DNA from: Macrostomum hystrix | Taxonomy: Eukaryota > Animalia > Platyhelminthes | Assembly: GCA_950097015.1 (NCBI GenBank) | Contig: CATNEN010000033.1 | Location: forward strand, 4,898,001-4,962,000 | Reading direction: 5' to 3' | Length of the DNA: 64,000 nucleotides | Shown here: piece after piece, positions 49,468 through 59,629 of the stretch | How positions within the stretch are numbered: the first letter of the stretch is position 1 | How the letters are laid out: each line of letters opens with the position of its first letter | Translations under genes and position numbers: made by a program | The notes under the pieces: model-generated | Database searches by the model: none | What the model was told of the DNA's origin: nothing | Seen by the model: the letters and a program-made list of their open reading frames with translations, nothing else

Positions 49468-50040
49468 GAACTGGCTAGTTTACTGAGGTGGCTAGTGTAC
49501 TGAGGTGGAACTGGCTAGTGTACTGAGGTGGAACTGGCTAGTGTACTGAGGTGGAACTGGATAGTGTACTGAGGTGGAACTGGCTAGCGTACTGAGGTGG
49601 AACTGGATAGTGTGAGGTGAAACTGTCTAGAGTACTGAGGTGGAACTGGATAGTGTACTGAGGTGGAACTGGCTAGCGTACTGAGGTGGAACTGGCTAGT
49701 GTACTGAGGTGGAACTGGCTAGTGTACTGAGGTGGAACTGGCTATTTACTGAGGTGGAACTGGCTATTTACTGAGGTGGAACTGGCTAGCGTACTGAGGT
49801 GGAACTGGATAGTGTACTGAGGTGGAACTGGCTAGCGTACTGAGGTGGAACTGGCTAGTGTACTGAGGTGGAACTGGCTAGTTTACTGAGGTGGAACTGG
49901 CTAGCGTACTGAGGTGGCTAGTATATTGAGGTGGAACTGGCTAGTTTACTGAGGTGGAACTGGCTAGTTTACTGAGGTGGAACTGGCTAGTGTACTGAGG
50001 TTGAACTGGCTAGTGCACTGAGGTGGAACTGGTCAGTGTA
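49468..50040. repeat. ~23-bp minisatellite (ACTGAGGTGGAACTGGCTAGTGT)
   Basis: Tandem array; a stray unit occurs at ~50180. Confidence 0.93.
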
Positions 50041-50346
50041 CTGTAATGAGAATCAATAAAAAAGACAAATAAAAGCGAAGTAGAAAAAATTCTGCAACTA
50101 TGCGGTTTAAAAAACATGATCTGTCGGAAATGAATTTGTTGCAATAGGACAGATGGCTTCCAATCTCTTGTGTATTTGACTGGCTAGTGTACTGAGGTCA
50201 CCTGTTGCAACAAATGGTCTAACAAATTAAACTAAAACTACGCAAACTAATCGATACGAAGCATTTTACAACTTTGAAGAGATAAGAACTTTAACTACCT
50301 TAGGTAAATGGCTTAAATAATAGAAGGATTATTAGGGGAGACTCAG

Positions 50347-50530
50347 GGAAGATGCAGCAGTTGCCTGAAGGTTCAGGGAAGGATGCAGCAGTTGCCTGAA
50401 GGTTCAGGGAAGGATGCAGCAGTTGCCTGAAGGTTCAGGGAAGGATGCAGCAGTTGCCTGAAGGTTCAGGGAAGGATGCAGCAGTCGCCTGAAGGTTCAG
50501 GGAAGGATGCAGCAGATGCCTGAAGGTTCA
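50347..50530. repeat. 31-bp minisatellite (GAAGGTTCAGGGAAGGATGCAGCAGTTGCCT), ~6 copies
   Basis: Tandem array. Confidence 0.92.
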
Positions 50531-50643
50531 GGAGAATGATTTTGTGGTAGGAGAATGCCGAGAAACCAAGAAATGTTTGAGTTAAGGCATGGCTGCAACA
50601 TGAAATGAAGTAATCAACACTGCTACATCATATATTCTCATTG

Positions 50644-51803
50644 CTAGTCACTCTTTCGCCCAGTGTTTCCATCGCCCTCGCCCTCCACTCGCCGTCTGGC
50701 CTCGTCGACCTCCTGCAGCCGGTGCCTCTCGGCCTTGACGCGCTCCTTGGCCGCTTGGGCGGCTCTCGCCGTATCGGCGTCTGCCTGACTGCCGCCGAAA
50801 TCTTCAACCAAGCGCTGGCGCCGTTTCAGCTCGGCCGAGGCGGCTACAGTCGAGCGCGTCAACGAGCGAGCGAAATCGGAGGCCGCCTCGCCAGCCGAGA
50901 TGCGGCCCGTCAGGTCCTCAGGCGGATCCAGCAGCTCGCTGGAGTAGTTGCCACCAGTGGACTCAAACAGCTTGAAGCCTGGCCGACGGCGCTTCTGGGC
51001 TTCCAGGGCGGCCAGCTCCTCCTGGTACATGTCCTGCATGCTGGGCGGCATGAAGGCGCCGGCCACGTGCCGACCCTCGGAGTTCAGGAAGTTGAAGGTG
51101 GTCAGGGCCTCCTCCGTGGGCAGGATCTCCCAGTTGATGCCGATCTCTCTAGGGACGAAATTTAAATAATCTCAGTTACACAGCCAATAAGAATTCAGTA
51201 ATATATTTTTTTTCAGCTCAGCAGCCAATCAAAATTAAGAAGGTTAAGGTTTAGTCAAAAAAGGCCCCAGCCAATTATAATCTATGAGCGTATAATCTAA
51301 ACGAGGGTCTCGCTAATAAAAACTCCGCAGCCAATCATAATCGAGAGAATTCGGCTAATCAAAGTTGGGCAGCCAATCAGAAGCGCTCACCGAAACCATT
51401 TAACTAGCGGAGCAGAGTCCAGCCTAACCGCCGGGTCGCCCTTGCCCAGCAGGAAGATGTCCGGCCTGGGGTAAATGACCCGCAGAGCGGACAGGCTGGC
51501 CGGTGAGATCTGGCTAGGGGTGGACACCTGCCAGCTGAAGATGGACTTGGGAAATGCCAACACGGGGCCCAGGACAAATATCCCGGTGCTTAATTTGAAG
51601 CCGTAGCGACCGAAGCGCTCGAAAAACACCATGGTTTTGTCCTCATTGATGATGGTCACAGAGGTCTTGTTCTCTTCTAAATCGGCGTTGAAACTCGTTG
51701 GCACCTCTTCGGAGGTGTCGCGAGCCAGCGAACGGCGAGGATTAGGCGAGGCGAGGCCGCCAAGGCGGAGGACGCGACTGGCACAGCGGGAGCAAAGGAG
51801 CAT
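50644..51803 (-). CDS. NDUFAF3: Complex I assembly factor 3 (Mth938-like domain), 305 aa, 2 exons
   Basis: Exons 51803-51391 and 51148-50644. Arg/Ser/Leu-rich presequence, then FGRYGF..VLGPVLAFP..W, PDIFLLGKG and EILPTEEALTTFNFLNSEGRHVAGAFMPP. Confidence 0.9.
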
Positions 51804-52074
51804 TGCCAGCACCGTTGCTGAAGACGGAGAGGTTTCATAGGCTTGCCACTCTCTTGTATTCGCGGAGCAGTACTTTTTCTTGTTAACAAAATCAATAACC
51901 TACTTCTAAAAAGTTGTTCCCATGATTACTAAAGGTTTGTGTGCTCTCTAACAGGCTTGTGCCACTGCGCAAACACGACTATATCCTGTCTGATAGATTC
52001 GTGTCTTTGTGGTCTTTATAACAGATATGGTTAGTTTATGTCTAACAGGTTTCTGTAACTGTCTAACAGCTTTG

Positions 52075-52995
52075 TGTTCTGTCTATTGGGTTAGTTTTAG
52101 TTTTCTGACTAACAGGTTAGTTTTCTGTCGAACAGGTTTGTGTTCTGTCTAACAGGCTAGTGTTCTAACTAACAGGCTAGTGTTCTGTCTAACAGGCTAG
52201 TGTTCTGTCGAACAGGTTTGTGTTCTGTCTAACAGGTTTGTGTTCTGTCTAACAGGCTAGTGTTCTGTCGAACAGGTTTGTGTTCTGTCTAACAGGTTTG
52301 TGTTTTGTCTAACAGGTTAGTGTTCTGTCTAACAGGTTTGTGTTTTGTCTAACAGGTTAGTGTTCTGTCTAACAGGCTAGTGTTCTGTCGAACAGGTTTG
52401 TGTTCTGTCGAACAGGTTTGTGTTCTGTCTAACAGGTTTGTGTTCTGTCTAACAGGCTAGTGTTCTGTCGAACAGGTTTGTGTTCTGTCTAACAGGCTAG
52501 TGTTCTGTCTAACAGGTTTGTGTTTTGTCTAACAGGTTAGTGTTCTGTCTAACAGGCTAGTGTTCTGTCGAACAGGTTTGTGTTCTGTCGAACAGATTTG
52601 TGTTCTGTCTAACAGGCTAGTGTTCTGTCGAACAGGTTTGTGTTCTGTCGAACAGATTTGTGTTCTGTCTAACGGGCTAGTGTTCTGTCTAACAGGTTTG
52701 TGTTCTGTCTAACAGGCTAGTGTTCTGTCTATCAGGCTAGTGTTCTGTCTAACAGGTTAGTGTTCTGTCTATCAGGCTAGTGTTCTGTCTAACAGGTTTG
52801 TGTTCTGTCTAACAGGCTAGTGTTCTGTCTAACAGGTTTGTGTTCTGTCTAACAGGCTAGTGTTCTGTCTATCAGGCTAGTGTTCTGTCTAACAGGTTAG
52901 TGTTCTGTCTATCAGGCTAGTGTTCTGTCTAACAGGTTTGTGTTCTGTCTAACAGGCTAGTGTTCTGTCTAACAGGTTAGTGTTCTGTCTAACGT
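52075..52995. repeat. 20-bp minisatellite (TGTTCTGTCTAACAGGCTAG), ~46 copies
   Basis: Tandem variant array between the UTP5-like and NDUFAF3 genes. Confidence 0.94.
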
Positions 52996-53396
52996 GTTCA
53001 TGCAGTGTCTAGCTGGCTAATGTCCTGCCTAACATGATTATCTAATGTTTAAGAGGACCGTGTCCTGTCTGAAACGATAATTTTCAAAGGAAAAGGGCAG
53101 ATATGATGGGCTGACATTTAACAGCTTAAAGGCAATTGACGATTCTGAATAAAAGTTTCTAAAAGCTCTGACAAGGGCACTAAGCATAGGAGCGCTAAAA
53201 ACAAATAAATTAATAAAATCAAACAATTCCGAAATAACATTCCTAGCTCAAAAATTGTCGCTAATCATGACTGGCGTGCAGCATGTGACAATGCTATTCA
53301 GCTATCAGTCATTAGGTTTTATAATTAACAAATGCACAGGATAAAAGGCCAATAGCTAGTGTTAGAAGCAGGCGGACACAGCAGACAGCCGTGCAT

Positions 53397-54453
53397 TCAA
53401 TGCGGCCCGTTGGTCTTTCTGTCCGGCTCAGCCGCATCGTCGCTAGAGAATTCGCCAAGGTCGGAGTCATCGACGAGATCCTCGCTGTTGCTGCCGCTTT
53501 CGCCGTCAGGACCCTCCGGGCCTCCTTCCTCGCCCTCCGCGTCGCTCATGTCGATTTCACCTTCGTCATCATCCTGCTTTGCGGACAATTGAAAAGCGGT
53601 TTGCACAATGCACTCAATTTTGAAACACGTTATACATATCCCAGAAATTATAGACTTCTAATATCGAAATTCCACTGTACTCGCATTCCCACTATTGGAG
53701 TCAAATAAAAATACCATTCTTAGAAACAAAGGAAAATTAATCTCTAATTTGGCATTCTTGTCGAATGCGCGCACCCACCTCATCCTCATCCATGAGGTCG
53801 TCATCATCAGCGGCCCCAGCTTCCGAGTCGGACGAGGACCCTGCATTGCCCAGCAGCTGGCCGGCCAGGTCGTCAGGCTCTTCGTCCGCCGATTCGTCAT
53901 CTTCCGCATCTTCGGAACTCTCGGTCAGCTCCGAGTCGCTGTCCCGATGCGTCACCGGCGCCTTCTGTCTGACGGCGGACCCGGAGGCCGCGGACCCGGA
54001 GCCAGCGGCTACTGTGCTCAAACTGAGCAGCAGGTCAAGCCGACCCTTGAGCATGAGCAGTCTCTGCATGCTGGCTAGCCGGGACTGCAGCTGGCACCTG
54101 AGCTGGCTCAGCCTGCGCACCAGGTCAGGTGAGGACATGATGTAACCCGAGTGAGTCTCAACCAGCCGATTGAGCCACTGCAGGGCCTGGCTAGCCGACT
54201 GCGGGTGCTTGGCAACCAGCTCGGTGAGGGTTCTCAGGAAAGCATCGATTGATTTGGGATTGTGGGCCAGCTGTTGCATTGTGTCGGACATTAGCTGCCG
54301 ATCATGGCTCTGCAGCAGCATGTGGATGTGAGTGGCCGAGTCGGACAGCAGGCCGTCAATGAGGGCTGCCTTCACAGCCGGGCTCTTCTTCATGGCCAGC
54401 TGCGGGATGCGGGTGCGGGGCTTGTGGCTTTGGCATCTGGGAAAGTTGTCCAG
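53397..54453 (-). CDS. WDR43: WDR43/UTP5-type Dip2/Utp12 C-terminal domain with acidic tail (two exons visible)
   Basis: Exons 54453-53779 and ~53573-53397. LIDGL..D...L..HP..A...LQWL...V.THSGYI...PDL..L..L....SR...L..LKGRLDLL matches the UTP5/WDR43 helical domain. No WD40 exons found. Confidence 0.78.
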
Positions 54454-56280
54454 CTGACAGCGTGAAGATTAGCTTTACACTCTACTTAACAAAGTATTGA
54501 TCATGTTGTAAAAAAATTCTGTTGCTGATGAAGAAATGATTATAAGGATGAGAAAAGTTGGAGAAACTCAAAACCAAGAGTGTATATTAAGGCTTAGAAG
54601 AGGGTTGATATCTTAAAATTTTCATTTTTTATCACTGATGTAATTACAGAGTGTTAAAACTTGAATAGTGTATCGTATACCATTGCCTACCCAAATTACT
54701 TCTCAATTCTTCTAGCACATAAAATAAAAACTAAGTTATACACATAAAGCACCTTAAAACAGGGGCACAGTGCAACCTGAAAAGCAGCTTCGGAAGGCTT
54801 ATTCTATGGTAAAAACATGACAAACAAACAAAAATAAACATGATATTCAGAGGTCCATATAATTCATATTTAGACAATGTGTTTCAATCATAGTCATACT
54901 TGTATATTTACTGTACAATAAATATTGTACTTACTTTAGTTGTTGCACTTCATTTTCAATGACAACACTACTGCATGCTAAATATAACTTTCTGGGCCCA
55001 ATACCCCATTAGAATAAGTGGACAAATGGTGTCCAACTGTTCATCACATTTTCTGGTGTCATGTCACAGTTGAGTCATGGCAGTGTCATGGCGTGGTGCA
55101 GTGTAGCCACAGCACTTGATGACCTTATGGGCTTTATGTAAGTATTCTTGCACAAAATAAATTCAATACAGTGTCTGACATTAACATAATGCTTTGCTCT
55201 AGTTTGGCATAAATAAACAGGCTTTGAGCTGAGCCACTTCACCTTGTCCACCTTACCTATCTCAGTGATAGGGCTAATATTGATTATTGAGAGCTAGCAA
55301 TAGTAACCCTAACTTACAATAGCTTGTTAGTCAATAATAAATCTTAAAGTATAGCCCAAATAATATGTATGACTAATAACATAGTGTTAGCCCTTTAGCT
55401 AATCCTTAGCCCTGATGATGCTGGCCATGCGCCAGACAAAATTTGACATGCTTTCTTCCTTTTATGCCAAATTACACCTAGTGAAAACTGGCCCCAAAGC
55501 TTAATACCAAATTACGCCAATCAGAAAAACACCCAGATTTAGAAAAATGCACTGTGGTTAGAATCAAATTTTCTTTTAAACAGATGTTTAAATTTTGTAA
55601 TAAAAACATGAAAAAAATAAACCTACAATGCTTTACATTTGTGAACAAAAAACATGTATGAATAGTAACAAAAAGCAAAAATGTAAGTACACAATTTAAA
55701 ATGTATATGTAAGAAACTTTGTTAGAAACAAAAAAAGTTATATAAAGTTCATAAGTTTACTTTACTGTACAACAGCATTGCACAAGTTGCAACCAAAGTT
55801 ATGCTAATAAATTACTTGTTTCTTACTCCATCCAAACTTTTGCAACATTAAAATTTTTGCCAGAACATACATATATATGCATATGTTTATATAAATCAAT
55901 AAATACATTGATTTATTTATTGGGAATGGCTAGAGATCCAGCACTGGACCTAATTGTTAAACAGCTAGGGTTCCAACAGAATGTATTTGCTGCACCTTTA
56001 CTATACACAAATTGAAATGAGAGCTTCTGGTTCTTTATAATAAGAAAATGCAAGCAATTTTGGTATAATGGTAGATAATAAGTATTTTGAAAGTATCAAA
56101 CAAAATGATACATCCATGATGTGAGCACCAGAGAACACAGAAAGTAAGTTTGTATGGTCAACACACAAAATTTGCTATACATATCAACAAAAGAAAACTT
56201 TTTTGCAACTTTAAAACTTTTAAACTGTGGGAAATAATTAGGCTACACACTGGTTTGACTCAGATATAATATAAAGAAGT

Positions 56281-57975
56281 GCTTATTCCCACAGTACAGT
56301 GCCGATAATTTCAATTTTATCCACATGGATCCGTACCAAAAATTTTCAGCTTATCCACACGGCAGCTTGTATGAAAAGGTCTACTTTCAAGTCCCTACCT
56401 ATTCTTCTCTGAGCATAAGGCTTTTGCTTCAGAGTATAGTGTATAGTGTACACTATCAATGCATAGTGTTGTCGCAGGCCTCTGTCTATATTCTTACTAA
56501 ACTCTATTTCCAATAATGCGAATCCCACCGCTGTTACCAAAGTTGTCGCAGGCCTCTGTCTATATTCTTACTAAACTCTATTTCCAATAATGCGAATCCC
56601 ACCGCTGTTACCAAAGTTGTTGTAGGGCTAAATTAATTCTACTGCTGTCACCAAAGTTGTTTTAGGCTTCTTTTATTCAAGTACTATCTGATGTCAATCT
56701 CATTATTGTCTTTACTTTTATTTGCTTTATGCACTTTCTTATCTCAATTGAAATTGGTAGCGTTTATGTATTCAAATGTGATAGTGTTATACTTTCAATA
56801 TGGTAGCGTTATACTTTCAGTATGGCCGGTATCTTTCCTCTATATTCCCTTCTGCTTATAACTTTACTGTATTATTTCTATAAGTACTTTGTATCAATCT
56901 TTGTCCGTCTTTATCAGTCTTTATCCGTCTTTATCAGTCTTTATCTATCTTTATCCATCTTTATCAGTCTTTATCCATCTTCAATTATCATTCAGTTAAC
57001 CTTCAATTTAGTCTTCAGTCCGTCTTCTGGGCTTTCCAGTGGATCTAGAGTTACAGCTTTCCTTCACTCTAATTACTTCTCTTTCACAATGTCTCTTTCG
57101 CAAATGTCTTTTTCACAAATAACTTCAATATGAACACTTTAAGATTCGAGCTTTTCTTACTTCGAACTCTTTCCAATCGAGGTGGTACGAGTTGGTTTTT
57201 CTCTCTTCGCTTCGGGTGTATTTATACTAAAATTCCCTTCATCTCCGCGACTTCAGTATAACTATTTAATTTTCAGTGCAGACAAACAAATGGTGCATTT
57301 AAACAAAATTTATGTAACATTAAAACAAAAATATTTAATTTCGCGGGAACACTTTCTAGGAAAAATAAAACAATCGGAAACCCTATCTCAGTGTAAAAGA
57401 AAAACAATGATGTATAATATGTGTGACGAGTTTGGTGCTGACTAGAATTCTGCTGGTTGACTTGTATGATTTTCTTTGATAGACTTCTTACTTTTTAAGT
57501 CAATACAATTTTAATGAAAACGTGTAACGATGACAAAAGATTTAGTAAGTTGTTATTACAATAATTAAAAAGGATGACATTAATGTTGGTTAATGAATGT
57601 GTAGGTCGAAATGTAGAACACTGTCGTAACACACTGGCAACTTTGTTGATCTATTGGCTCGAGGGTTCAACAAAACGTTCAAACCCAAAAGGCCTTGTTT
57701 TAAAGAACAGAACCATGTGGATAAAATCGAAATTAATGGCACGGCATATTTATATAAAGAGTTTTAGACCTATTCATACAAGCTACGTGTGGATAAGCAG
57801 AAAATTATCAGCACAGCTCAGTGTGAATAATATTGAAATTAACGGCACAGCATATATATATATAAAGAGTTGTAGACCTATTCATACAAGCTGCCATGTG
57901 GATAAGCAGAAAATTGTCAGCATGGATCCATGTGGATAAAATTGAAATTATCAGCATGGGGCTGTGGAAATAAGC
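56281..57975. mobile_element. Candidate non-autonomous DNA element bounded by ~100-bp imperfect inverted repeats
   Basis: 56281-56385 (GCTTATTCCCACAG..GATAATTTCAATTTTATCCACATGGATCC..GCAGCTTGTATGAAAAGGTCTAC) is the reverse complement of ~57870-57975. A partial extra copy lies at 57765-57815. No TSD recognised. Confidence 0.55.
56468..56615. repeat. Exact 74-bp tandem duplication
   Basis: GTTGTCGCAGGCCTC...GTTACCAAA occurs twice, followed by degenerate remnants. Confidence 0.92.
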
Positions 57976-58040
57976 TCTGTCATAAAATAAAGTAGGCTAA
58001 TCCTGACTAAAAGAAGTTTAACTTAGCTGATTTCCACACA

Positions 58041-58113
58041 AAATATATGTAGGGCTCGATTCTAGGACCCTGGAATCAAGAGTCCCATGGTCTACCAACT
58101 GAGCTAACCATGC
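58041..58113 (-). pseudogene. Decayed tRNA-Lys(CUU)-derived sequence
   Basis: TAGCTCAGTTGGTAGACCATGGGACTCTTGATTCCAGGGTCCTAGAATCGAGCCC resembles metazoan tRNA-Lys(CTT), but the T-loop/B box and acceptor stem are broken. Confidence 0.7.
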
Positions 58114-59629
58114 CTATCAACTAAAGGGTGTAAAGCCACAAAATTTTGTTTAAGAAAAAACTGCCAGAACTCTAGCCATTTAACATTTGGGTCCAGTGCC
58201 AGATCTCCAGCCACTGCCTTATTTATTATAACTATGAAATCCTTATAGAGCTTAATTTTTTTATTATGAAACATTATTATTAAGAAATGTGCTAAAATAC
58301 AAGCTAACTAGCAAGCTAACTTTATTATGTTGCAGAGGTTCCTCTCAACTGTGAGTGTGCCCATAGCCATAGCCCTAGCCCTATGTAGTAGAACTAGCTA
58401 CCTATACAACTTTGACTGTTTTTCTGGTAGACTAGCATAGCTGGAAAATATTTTGCTTGGATTAGTGTTTGGCCCAATACATTTGAGTCATTAATTTTGA
58501 AGCTAAAAATATTATAATCAATAGGCTTAGCCTTATGACCTTATGTTAGGCCCCCTATCTGTCAAAAAAACTAAACTGAAAAAAGACATTTACAAATTCT
58601 AGGCTAATTAGAAGAAAATTTGTAGCTAGATTAATGTAAAGATTTCTTACCTTTTCAAATAGAGGTCTGCTACTTTAAAAAATCATAATTCAGCCCCTTA
58701 GCTAGTCTTAGCTGGTGGCCGCTAATATGAAAAGTCTATTTAAAAGAATCAATTTAACGGCACTGTTTTCCGTTAGGTATGAATTTTTAACAAAGCATTG
58801 AACGAAACGTTGTGACCTGGGATATGCTAGAAAAAAATGAAAAAATAATATTTAAATTCTTGATATCATAAATGCAGCCGCATCGAAATCTATATGTTAA
58901 CTGCTCTATTTAGGTATCTATTTAAAATTCCCACGATTGAATTTCTTGAGTTGGGTGTCGTGGTACGCGCGTCTGTATAGTTATTATCAATGAGGAAAAA
59001 TTTATGTGATGCTCCGTATGTCTATTTGAGTCTTTAAGTTTGATCTAAATTAAGAAGATGGGTTTGAAGAACGCATTGCACGCGTTTCATGATTGTACTC
59101 ACTTAGCTTATTCACTTAAAAAATAAAAACTAGGATTTTTACATATTTTATTGAATTATTAAGATCCTAGATATTTCATCGATGAGAGAGCAAAGATGCT
59201 CATACAGTACATTTACTTTTTTCAGCTTTAGCATTCTTGATTTGTTAGCAATAGAGAGATATATCCGGTATCCCCCAACCACGCTACCATGGTTATTAGT
59301 ATGTATACTGCTTGCTGTAGTGCAAATATGAAAGAGTGCAGTATAAATACATCTTGTCTGCAATTATATTATTTGAATGTGCCTGATGCGAGGCTCCAGT
59401 TATGACAAAAACTATTTACTTTTTGGAAGAAATGATTCTACTATCAAGTCACTAGTGGGCAGGATTCAATGTGGAAGAGGTAACATAATTGTTTATACAC
59501 AAATACACGCATACACAAACTGCAACAAAAAAGCATAAATTTACACAATTTGTTTTGGCACAAAAAGGCTATCATCTTCAAAATCTTTTTAACATCAGCG
59601 CCACTCTGAGCAGTATTTTCTATTCAGAC

